DNA of 64,000 nt from Eubacteriaceae bacterium UBA1433 (lineage in GTDB: Bacteria; Bacillota; Clostridia; Eubacteriales; UBA1433), in assembly GCA_002329295.1 (NCBI GenBank), contig DCTT01000026.1, forward strand, positions 463,135-527,134. The letters run 5' to 3'. A program made the position numbers and the translations under genes. The notes beneath the pieces were generated by a model that did no database searches, had not been told where the DNA came from, and saw only the letters and a list, made by a program, of their open reading frames with translations. Positions 9,156 to 17,463 of the stretch are shown here, piece after piece (the stretch's first letter is position 1; every line of letters begins with the position of its first letter).

Positions 9156-10259
9156 ATGAAGCAGGTTTTTGAAAGCAAAGAATATTGTTACGGTTGCGGC
9201 GCCTGCGCAAAGATATGTCCGGTGCAGGCAATCAAAATGAAAGCAGACGAAGAAGGGTTTTTGTATCCGCAGATTGACGAAAAACATTGTATCGATTGTG
9301 GAAAATGTAGCGAAAGTTGTCCGTTTGTTGTAAGAAATCACTATAAGAATACAAAACAACCGACCTATTATGCAGCAAAGCATCGTTCTGAAGACGTGTT
9401 GGTTCATTCGGCTTCGGGAGGGGCATTTACGGCGTTGTCGGATGTAGTTTTAGCAGAAGAAGGGGTCGTATATGGGGCAGATTTTGATCAAGATTTTTCG
9501 GTATGCCACAGACGGGCACAAAATGCGGCGGAGCGTAATCGGCTTCGAACATCCAAATATGTGCAAAGCGATATAACGGACAGTTATCGGCAGATAGAAC
9601 ACGATTTGCTGCAGGGCAAGAGCGTACTTTTCAGCGGGACACCATGCCAAAACGCAGGTATCAAAGCCTATATTCTCAGTAAAAACCTTGAAAAAAATCT
9701 GTATTTGTGCGATTTGTTTTGCCATAGTATACCCAGCCCGCGTATCTGGCAGGATTTTTTACAGTTCCTGATTCAAAAACATGGAGCCATCACAGCCATT
9801 AATTTTCGTTCCAAAAACTTACCTTGGTCACGACCGAACTGCAGAAAGGCTTTTTATTTTCAAACGGTCGCCGATCAAAAGGAGAGAGTGGACAATCGGT
9901 TTTTGCGTTTGTTTTTAGAAGAAGGCGTTATTGCACGTCCCTGTTGCGAACACTGTCAATTTACGGATACAAAGAGAGTGGGAGACATTACGATAGGAGA
10001 CTATTGGGGAATCGAAAAATATGATGTTAATTGGTATGATCCGTTGGGTGTTTCGCTACTGTTGGTTAGCAGCGAAAAGGGTGAAAGATTGTTGGAAAAA
10101 TCCGCAGAACAAATGTTTTATGAACAGCGAGCAAAACAGGAAGCGTTGGCTGAACAACCGCGATTGCGAGAGCCAATCAAATTTTCACCGAAACGGGAGA
10201 AGTTTTGGCAGGATTATCAACAATGTGGTCTCGAGCAGATATTAAATGAGATGAAATAG
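9156..10259 (+). CDS. FrhB/FdhB-like (coenzyme F420 hydrogenase beta-type) Fe-S protein
   Basis: Two ferredoxin motifs, CYGCGACAKICP and CIDCGKCSESCP, followed by an FrhB-like C-terminal region. 367 aa. Confidence 0.7.
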   Translation: MKQVFESKEYCYGCGACAKICPVQAIKMKADEEGFLYPQIDEKHCIDCGKCSESCPFVVRNHYKNTKQPTYYAAKHRSEDVLVHSASGGAFTALSDVVLAEEGVVYGADFDQDFSVCHRRAQNAAERNRLRTSKYVQSDITDSYRQIEHDLLQGKSVLFSGTPCQNAGIKAYILSKNLEKNLYLCDLFCHSIPSPRIWQDFLQFLIQKHGAITAINFRSKNLPWSRPNCRKAFYFQTVADQKERVDNRFLRLFLEEGVIARPCCEHCQFTDTKRVGDITIGDYWGIEKYDVNWYDPLGVSLLLVSSEKGERLLEKSAEQMFYEQRAKQEALAEQPRLREPIKFSPKREKFWQDYQQCGLEQILNEMK

Positions 10260-10294
10260 AGTTTTTTGGAATAAAAAGAATAAACGGGAGAAAA

Positions 10295-10813
10295 ATGGTG
10301 GAAAAAGAGAAAAGAAACAACAAAATATTGGTAAGCGGAATCGCTGTTTTTATCATTGGCATCTGGATTTTGATTGCACCCGGGCAGGTTTTGAGATTGA
10401 TGGGGATTGCAACGTTGCTTCAAGGCGGTGTGATGATGTATCGATATTATAAACTGGAGAAGAAAACAGGATTTCGTGCAAAAGGGCTGCTGTTTATAGG
10501 CATTGTGTTGGCGGTCATGGGATGTTTGTTTGTTTTTCATGTTGAGTTTGTTGTAGCGCTGTTTGCTTATTTGATTGCGATTTTGTTCTTTATTGATGCG
10601 ATTCAAAATATAAAATTGGCCTTTTCAATACGAAAAGAAAATCCGCAAGCCTTTCTTGCGGCGCTGGTGCTCAATGCGCTGGTGCTTGCTGCAGCTGTTA
10701 TTCTCGTCATTAACCCATTGATATTGGGCATGACCGTTGCCGTGATTGTCGGTGTGACATTGATATTTATCGGGATCGAATATATGTATATCGGGTATAA
10801 AAAAATCAAATAA
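10295..10813 (+). CDS. HdeD/DUF308-like small membrane protein
   Basis: 172 aa with 5-6 TM helices that have a repeated short TM-pair architecture. Confidence 0.55.
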   Translation: MVEKEKRNNKILVSGIAVFIIGIWILIAPGQVLRLMGIATLLQGGVMMYRYYKLEKKTGFRAKGLLFIGIVLAVMGCLFVFHVEFVVALFAYLIAILFFIDAIQNIKLAFSIRKENPQAFLAALVLNALVLAAAVILVINPLILGMTVAVIVGVTLIFIGIEYMYIGYKKIK

Positions 10814-10876
10814 GCGTTGCTGCGATAGTTATGCTTTCGGTTCGATAAAAAGAGGTCGCAAGGCGGAGAATGAAAT

Positions 10877-11587
10877 ATGGAAAAGGAAAAATATGTTGCA
10901 TTTATTGACATTTTAGGATTTAAGGAAAAGTTACAACGAATCAATCAAGCCAAAGCGGAAATATTGATTCAAGACTTTATCGCCATGCTTGAAGAACGAT
11001 GGAAAGCAAATCAATTGATGCAAAACGAAAATATAGGCGGGTATATTGTCAGTGATTCGGTGGTGCTCTACAGCAAAGATTGTACGGAAAAGTCGTTGCG
11101 ATGTATTCTTGAATATACTACGCAAGTATTTCGTTTGGCGTTTGACAAAAACGGGATTCTATTAAGAGGCGCCATTGCCAAAGGTGCCTTTCGCCGGTTG
11201 GAGGAAGCCAGCTTGGTTAATTTAGACAAAGGCTTAATAGTGGGCAATGCCTATATTGAGGCATACAACATGAAAAGCAGGCACAAAGCATCGGCCATTG
11301 TTATGGGTGGTGCCGTGAAAGATGATGTGGAAGAATATTTTTTCGGAGCTTATGACATCAGGGAGTTGCAAGGCGAAAACCCGCCACTCTATACCATTCG
11401 TTGGGCGGATATAGACTATTTGCTCGAAAAGGATCATTTGGAACGTTTTGTGCGCTTGGCACATGAAGCGCAGTGGTTGCCGCATTATTATCAAACACTG
11501 TATATGTTTTTGACCAATGTAAAGAGTGATAAAAAAATACAGGCGGTTTTTGAAAAAGGTTTGTTTGTTGCTGCAAGAACAATATGA
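10877..11587 (+). CDS. Hypothetical protein with class-III nucleotidyl-cyclase/palm-like motif order; possibly frameshifted at the 3' end
   Basis: Ordered blocks YVAFIDILGFK / GGYIVSDSVVLY / LLRGAIAKGAF / VGNAYIEAYNMKS resemble FxDIxGF / GD / RIGIHxG / xVNxAxRxE. It has its own RBS and terminator. See findings. Confidence 0.5.
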   Translation: MEKEKYVAFIDILGFKEKLQRINQAKAEILIQDFIAMLEERWKANQLMQNENIGGYIVSDSVVLYSKDCTEKSLRCILEYTTQVFRLAFDKNGILLRGAIAKGAFRRLEEASLVNLDKGLIVGNAYIEAYNMKSRHKASAIVMGGAVKDDVEEYFFGAYDIRELQGENPPLYTIRWADIDYLLEKDHLERFVRLAHEAQWLPHYYQTLYMFLTNVKSDKKIQAVFEKGLFVAARTI

Positions 11588-11700
11588 TTATCAAGCCGTG
11601 AATCGTTTTATTCAAAATGTGTTTGCCGGCGAAGTGAATGTACATTTTAAAGAAATGTTTTTAAAATATTTACGAAAAAAGATTTTTTAATAAAAAGATG

Positions 11701-11727
11701 CACCCAAACAGCGCATGGGTGTTTTTC
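11701..11727 (+). terminator. Rho-independent terminator after the cyclase-like gene
   Basis: caccca/tgggtg stem, 9-nt loop, then T5. Confidence 0.6.
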
Positions 11728-11892
11728 TTCGCTATTTTATCAAAATTTTGCAAAAAAAAGGAAAAGAATTCGTAAAATAAACAGCAGATAAAGCACCGGG
11801 GTTGAAAAGTAAAAGCGGCTATGTTATCTTTTTTGTCAGGTGTTAAAAAATATCGAGCAAGAGGAAATAAATCGGCGAAAGGTAGAAAAAAT

Positions 11893-12402
11893 ATGCATAA
11901 AAACGAAAGCGTTTTATTAAAAAAAACAAAAACTTGGACAACTGTTAATATTGTCATACTCATTATCGGTGTGGTGATAAGTACCATTTCCGTTATTTCA
12001 TTGTTTGGGATGAAAGCAACCGGATTCGCATTGTTTCAAGGGCTGCCGGGAGGCGAAGAAGCCGTAGCGATGCTGGAAGAAGCGACTTCTCCTATCGGTA
12101 TGGCTTTGGCGGTGGTTCTTATCATTATCGACATTGCGTTGGTGGTTTGGTTTTTTAAATGCAATGGTCGTATGAAGAAAAATATTGTTCCCGAAAAGTT
12201 GCCTTACTATATCAGCCTCGTCCTTTATGTTTTGAGCCAAGTGTATTCGTTGATTTCTGGCAGCAACGTACAAGTGACATCCGGCGGAATCATTTTTACG
12301 ATTATTTTAGCACTGGTGTTTGTGTGGATTCGAATCATGCCTCTTATTCATTTGCGACGAATTATAACAAAAGCCGGTGAAAAAATTCAGGAAACAGAAT
12401 GA
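11893..12402 (+). CDS. 4-TM membrane protein, first gene of the exporter operon (YknW-like position)
   Basis: ORF 11821..12402. Start moved to ATG 11893 (MHKNES...). Four hydrophobic helices. Its stop overlaps the next gene's start (ATGA at 12399-12402). Confidence 0.6.
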   Translation: MHKNESVLLKKTKTWTTVNIVILIIGVVISTISVISLFGMKATGFALFQGLPGGEEAVAMLEEATSPIGMALAVVLIIIDIALVVWFFKCNGRMKKNIVPEKLPYYISLVLYVLSQVYSLISGSNVQVTSGGIIFTIILALVFVWIRIMPLIHLRRIITKAGEKIQETE

Positions 12403-13469
12403 ATAAAAAAGCATTTCAAAACAAACGAAATATCATTATTGTCGTTATAGGGTTGCTGGTAATAACATTGATGACTCTTGCTTTAGTGCAAGGAAAAATC
12501 ACCGCAAAAAGGTCCAAAGACCTTTATGAGGTGTACGTGGTGCGCACCCAGGAACCTGTTATCACTGACGGTATCAGTCGCCCTAACCAGGAAAAAAGCT
12601 ACTATTATGATCCGACAAACGGAGTGATATCCGCGATTCATGTCAAAAACGGTCAGAATGTAAAAATAAGCGATCCGTTGTTTGCTTATCACAATGAAAC
12701 ACTGGTATATCAAATTGAAGATGCAAAAACCCAGCAAAAAAGGCTGTACAATCAAAAGAAAGAGCTGCAAAAGCAAGTTGATATCGATCCGACACTGAAA
12801 CAGAGCATTGCGGAAATAGATGCGCAGATTGCGGATTTATCAACAAACATTCAGCGACTGCGTGAAAAGGCAAATATTGTGGTCTATGCACCGATGGAAG
12901 GAAAGATCATTTTGGACAGCAATAAAAAAACCGATCCCTCCGCGCCTTTTTTGCACCTGATATCCACAACACCGATGGTGGTATCCACTGTGTCGGAATA
13001 TGATTATTATGCTTTAAAAACAGACCAAAAGGTTCGCGTTTATATCAATGCCGAAGACAGAGAAATAGAGGGAACCGTGACGGGCATTGATGAGCTGAGT
13101 ACTGTCAGCACAGTTACTGCTATGGGAGCGGGCGCAACGGGAACCGGCAGCGCCGGCGGCGTGAATTTTACCTTTTATGTGGCGCCGGAAGAAGCCATAC
13201 ATGTTGATTTTTCAGTTCAAATCAAAATACCGTTGGAAGAAATTATCATCCCTGAAGAATGTATTTTAACAGAAGAAGAAAAAGAATATGTTTTTGTGGT
13301 CAAAGAAGGCAAGGCGGTGAAACAGGAAATCACAAGGGAAAAAAAGGGTCTGCAAATGGTATTGACAAGCGGTCTTGCATTGGGGGATGAAGTGTTGATT
13401 TCGCCCGACAGCGCGTTGATAGACGGCCAAGAGGTTCGCATCAAAGAAGGTAGCGGCAATGCTCATTGA
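12399..13469 (+). CDS. HlyD/MFP-family periplasmic adaptor of an ABC efflux system
   Basis: N-terminal TM anchor, lipoyl-like block (GVISAIHVKNGQNVKISDPLF), coiled-coil region and beta-barrel C-terminus. Translationally coupled on both sides. Confidence 0.8.
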   Translation: MNKKAFQNKRNIIIVVIGLLVITLMTLALVQGKITAKRSKDLYEVYVVRTQEPVITDGISRPNQEKSYYYDPTNGVISAIHVKNGQNVKISDPLFAYHNETLVYQIEDAKTQQKRLYNQKKELQKQVDIDPTLKQSIAEIDAQIADLSTNIQRLREKANIVVYAPMEGKIILDSNKKTDPSAPFLHLISTTPMVVSTVSEYDYYALKTDQKVRVYINAEDREIEGTVTGIDELSTVSTVTAMGAGATGTGSAGGVNFTFYVAPEEAIHVDFSVQIKIPLEEIIIPEECILTEEEKEYVFVVKEGKAVKQEITREKKGLQMVLTSGLALGDEVLISPDSALIDGQEVRIKEGSGNAH

Positions 13470-14142
13470 ACTGAAAAACATTGACAAATACTATCCGATT
13501 GGACGAGAGAGACTGCAGGTGCTGCACGGGGTAAATTTACAAATTGAACAGGGGGAATTTGTGGGGATTATGGGTCCGTCAGGCTCGGGAAAATCTACGC
13601 TGGTCAATATTTTGGGGTTTTTGGATTCTAAATATGACGGAGAATATTTATTTGCCGGGAAATCGGTAAGCGGTTTGAACGACAGAGAGCTTTCCCATAT
13701 GCGAAATCGGACGGTGGGTTTTGTTTTTCAAGATTTTCATTTGGTTGAAACGGCTACAGTTTTTGAAAATGTGCAGATGCCTTTGCTTTATGCGGGTATA
13801 ACGGCAAAAAAAACCGTTTCAGCTGTGGAACAGGCTCTTGAACGAGTAGGTATTGGCGAAAAGTCGAAACAAAAACCAAGTCAACTTTCAGGTGGTCAAA
13901 AACAGCGTGTAGCCATTGCGCGGGCACTGATTAATCAACCGCGCTTTATTATTGCCGATGAACCTACAGGAGCCATGGACACCAAGACTTCTGCCGGAAT
14001 TATGGAAATTTTGTTTAATTTAAACAAAGAAGAAAAAGTAACCGTGGTGATGGTGACGCATGATTTTTCGTTGTTAAAATATTGCAGTCATCAGATAAAA
14101 GTTGTAGACGGCGTAGTGCAGAAGGGAACGTTACAGGCATGA
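13459..14142 (+). CDS. ABC transporter ATP-binding protein (MacB/LolD type)
   Basis: Walker A GPSGSGKST, signature LSGGQKQR, Walker B FIIADEPT. Confidence 0.92.
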   Translation: MLIELKNIDKYYPIGRERLQVLHGVNLQIEQGEFVGIMGPSGSGKSTLVNILGFLDSKYDGEYLFAGKSVSGLNDRELSHMRNRTVGFVFQDFHLVETATVFENVQMPLLYAGITAKKTVSAVEQALERVGIGEKSKQKPSQLSGGQKQRVAIARALINQPRFIIADEPTGAMDTKTSAGIMEILFNLNKEEKVTVVMVTHDFSLLKYCSHQIKVVDGVVQKGTLQA

Positions 14143-15356
14143 AATTTCAAATGTTGCTTCATACAGCACTGCAATCGCTTTGGAACAATAAAAGACGAAC
14201 CCTTTTGACCATGCTGGGCATTGTGATCGGCATTGCTTCGGTAATTGCCATCATCAGCATTGGCAAGGGTTTTCAGCGAGAAACGGTAAGCAATCTCACA
14301 AGCTCCGAATCGGACAAAATGAGTGTGGTCGCTTATTTTATTCCGGATAACATGAACATGCAATCCAGCAGAATGGAGCCGTTTTCGCCAAGAAATATAG
14401 CGGATATCAAACGAATAGAAGGCGTGGACGGGGTAAGTACGGAACAATCATCACAATCCTATTATACCGTTACCGTACAAGCAGGAAATGATACATTCAG
14501 CACCGCCGCCGATTTATTGGACGGCACTGAATCGCCAACGGAATTGGTTGCAGGAAATCACATCGATCGTGCCGACAATGCGGGAAAGAAAAAAGTGGTT
14601 ATTATCCGGCAGGATATTGCTGAAAAAATGTATGGCTCGGCCGAAAATGCCATCGGCAAAGGAATTGACATCAACGGAGTCAAATTTTATATCAAAGGTG
14701 TAGCGCCGCCGCTGAAACCGCAGATCATTTCGTTTAGCTTGGGTTTTGAAAAAGAGATCATGCTGCCGAAATCCGCCTATCAGTTCTATTTTGAAAAAAA
14801 CAAAAAAGAGGCTGTTACAGAACTCACTGTCTTTGTGAAGACAGATTATTCCGTGAAAGCAGTTTCTGATGATTTGATAGAATATTTGGATAAAAACGGG
14901 AACAATCGGCAAATAGGTACCTATGGCGTGTTGGATATGAGCCAGATGATGCAAGCCATTGGCAACGTGATAAACAGCCTGACGTATTTTATTTCCGCCA
15001 TTGCGGGAATCTCTCTTTTGATTGCCGGGGTCGGCGTGATGAATATGATGTATATTTCCGTTTCGGAACGTACGAAAGAAATCGGGATTCGCAGAGCCAT
15101 GGGCGCCACCAAAGAATCCATTCAAATGCAGTTTTTGTTGGAAGGCATATTGGTTACCTTTAGCGGGGGTATCATCGGCTATTTGTTCGGTATTTTGGTT
15201 GCGACGTTGATTTCAAAATTGCTTCCCTTCGGCATCTATATCGATATCCCGACAATTCTGATGACGGTGGTGGTGTCGCTTTTGATTGGCGTTGTCTTCA
15301 GTGTTATGCCTGCCAAAGCGGCGGCGAAAAAAGACGTCATTGACATTTTAAGATAA
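14139..15356 (+). CDS. ABC transporter permease (MacB/FtsX family)
   Basis: Start at ATG 14139 overlaps the upstream stop (ATGA). N-terminal TM, large extracytoplasmic domain and a C-terminal FtsX 3-TM bundle. Confidence 0.88.
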   Translation: MKFQMLLHTALQSLWNNKRRTLLTMLGIVIGIASVIAIISIGKGFQRETVSNLTSSESDKMSVVAYFIPDNMNMQSSRMEPFSPRNIADIKRIEGVDGVSTEQSSQSYYTVTVQAGNDTFSTAADLLDGTESPTELVAGNHIDRADNAGKKKVVIIRQDIAEKMYGSAENAIGKGIDINGVKFYIKGVAPPLKPQIISFSLGFEKEIMLPKSAYQFYFEKNKKEAVTELTVFVKTDYSVKAVSDDLIEYLDKNGNNRQIGTYGVLDMSQMMQAIGNVINSLTYFISAIAGISLLIAGVGVMNMMYISVSERTKEIGIRRAMGATKESIQMQFLLEGILVTFSGGIIGYLFGILVATLISKLLPFGIYIDIPTILMTVVVSLLIGVVFSVMPAKAAAKKDVIDILR

Positions 15357-15368
15357 AATAAAAAATAG

Positions 15369-15398
15369 AAGCCTCTCGAAAAGTCGAGAGGCTTTTTT
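15369..15398. terminator. Bidirectional rho-independent terminator
   Basis: aagcctctcga/tcgagaggctt hairpin flanked by an A-run and a T-run, located between the convergent exporter and GntR genes. Confidence 0.85.
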
Positions 15399-15411
15399 AA
15401 ATGAAAAAAAA

Positions 15412-16122
15412 TTATAGCTTTAATTCGGTTCCGGGATAAGAACATATTTTTGTGGCATCATCCAGGTGTCTTCCCAAAATGTAAGCCACATGATCCGGTA
15501 TCCTGGTTTTAAAAGCGTTGACCAGCATAAAATGTTGGTTGATGGCGGAAGTAAAGTAGGGGTAGTGGTCTTCGGCTTTGGAGGTTAAAATCACAGTGCC
15601 ATAGGATTGATAGCGGTCGATGATGCCTGCAATGCTTTGGTGCATCGTTTTGATGAAATCATTTCGGCAACAATCGATAATGACGCGATGAAAATTTTTA
15701 TCCGCTTCAAACGTAGGAAAGTATTCTCGCATCTCGATTCCTCTTTGAAAGCCTTCGGCATATTTTTGCATCAGGGCAATTTCGTCATCGGTAATAAATT
15801 CGCAGAGGATGTGAGCAGCCTGCAGTTCCAGGATTCGTCGGGCATGATACACATCAAACATCTCGCTGGCGTTTAGAGCGGATATTCTCAGTTTGGATCC
15901 TTCCTGGCGAACAACCAATTTGTCGGCAATTAAAAGTGTAATGGCTTCCCGAATCGTCGTTCTGCTCATATCCAATTCGTTGGCAAGCTGAGAAATGTTG
16001 AGTTTGGCTCCGGGTTTGATTTTTAAAGTGATGATTTGGTCGTACAAATAACGATATGCCACGGTAGACAACGTGTCGAAAGGGTATCTTTCAATAAATG
16101 TTTGTAAAGTACTGTTGGCCAT
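15412..16122 (-). CDS. GntR-family transcriptional regulator (FadR/FCD-like C-terminal domain), paralog A
   Basis: wHTH block ISQLANELDMSRTTIREAITLL. 236 aa. Confidence 0.85.
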   Translation of the reverse strand: MANSTLQTFIERYPFDTLSTVAYRYLYDQIITLKIKPGAKLNISQLANELDMSRTTIREAITLLIADKLVVRQEGSKLRISALNASEMFDVYHARRILELQAAHILCEFITDDEIALMQKYAEGFQRGIEMREYFPTFEADKNFHRVIIDCCRNDFIKTMHQSIAGIIDRYQSYGTVILTSKAEDHYPYFTSAINQHFMLVNAFKTRIPDHVAYILGRHLDDATKICSYPGTELKL

Positions 16123-16209
16123 AATAATGTTTCCATTCTATAAAGTGACATGTATTTTTATGACAATTCCAAAAATCGCAAAAGTTGTTTAGACGCAAAA
16201 TAAGAAGTG

Positions 16210-16920
16210 TTACAGCTTTAATTCTAATCCGGGGTAAGAGCATACTTTGGATGCTGTATCCAGGTGTAATTTCAAAATGTGAGCTACATATTCGGGAATA
16301 GTAGAGCGAAAAGCGTGAACGAGCATAAAGTGTTGATTGATCGCGGCGGCAAAGAAAGGATAGTTGTCATCTGCCCGCGTGGTGAGAACAATGGTGCCAT
16401 AGGCCAAATATCGCTCGCTGATGCCGGCGATGCTGCCATGCATCGTGCGAATAAACGGGTTGCGGCATGAATTGATAATGAGCGCGTGAAAGTTTCGGTC
16501 TGCGTCCAAGGTTTTTAAATAATCACGTTTTTTTACCGCAAATCGAAAGTCTTTGGCGTACTGCTCCATGGAATCGATAATGTCAGGCGTAATGTACTCG
16601 CAAATATCCTTGGCGGCTTCAATTTCTATGGCTTGCCGCACCCGATACACGTCAAACATTTCATAGGTGCTGAGTGGGGCGACTTGCATTTTGCCGGATT
16701 CTGTTTGACGGATCAGCTTCAAAGAAAGCAAAGATGTAATTGCTTCGCGAACAGTGGTGCGAGAGACGTCTAAGTCGGAAGCGATTTGAGAAATATTCAA
16801 AAAAGATCCCGGTTTGATTTGTAAATACGTAATTTGATTGTAGAGGTAGCGAGCAACAATGGCGGATAAGGGTTCAAGAGGGTGCTCTGTTAGCAGTTCC
16901 TGAATTTCTGGTTTATACAT
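16210..16920 (-). CDS. GntR-family transcriptional regulator, paralog B
   Basis: ORF 16210..17136. Start moved to ATG 16920 (MYKPEIQ...), which follows GAGGAA. Also 236 aa, roughly half identical to paralog A by eye, with the same C-terminus CSYPG.ELKL. Confidence 0.85.
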   Translation of the reverse strand: MYKPEIQELLTEHPLEPLSAIVARYLYNQITYLQIKPGSFLNISQIASDLDVSRTTVREAITSLLSLKLIRQTESGKMQVAPLSTYEMFDVYRVRQAIEIEAAKDICEYITPDIIDSMEQYAKDFRFAVKKRDYLKTLDADRNFHALIINSCRNPFIRTMHGSIAGISERYLAYGTIVLTTRADDNYPFFAAAINQHFMLVHAFRSTIPEYVAHILKLHLDTASKVCSYPGLELKL

Positions 16921-17463
16921 ATGTTGTTCCTCAATCGTTTTGATTTGTGCAAGCAACGCAGTTTCATGGATGATTTCAAGTACTATCAATATACAGTTTA
17001 TATATAAATTATTGCTTAAATTGTTTTGATTTTTGCAAATAAGCTGCTTCAAGAGCGAGGTGGTCGCAGGGACTATAAGAAGACAGGTGGATATAGATGT
17101 TGTGAACAGTTTAAACAGAGAAAAAGAAAAAATCAAGGCGCGAAAAAATGAAAAATCGAAGTAAAAAAAACAGTTTGAACCGATGATTTGATAAATTGGA
17201 AATGAAAAAAAGCAAAAAGAAGAATAATAGAACCAAAGTGTACTTAAAATTTAACATTATGCAAAAAAACATAAAAATAGATAAAAAAATGCACTTAAAA
17301 TAATCAAATATCAGAAAAAAAGACGAAATTGTAGACATTTTGCATAAATATGAAAACAAAATTCTTTTGTTTGAACTCAAATCGTTTTCAGCAACGGACG
17401 TTGGAGATGTTTTCAGTATAATAAACAATAAAAATACGTTTTGTTGAAAAAGGAGTGAGGACA

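Noticed and set aside
10877-12402. Reading the cyclase-like gene plus the downstream 4-TM gene as a Pycsar- or CBASS-type cyclase-effector defence pair.
   Set aside because: The 4-TM protein has no room for a cyclic-nucleotide-binding, TIR or other sensor domain. It is separated from the cyclase-like gene by a terminator, and it is translationally coupled to an HlyD/ABC/FtsX exporter instead. Nothing in the sequence supports a functional pair.
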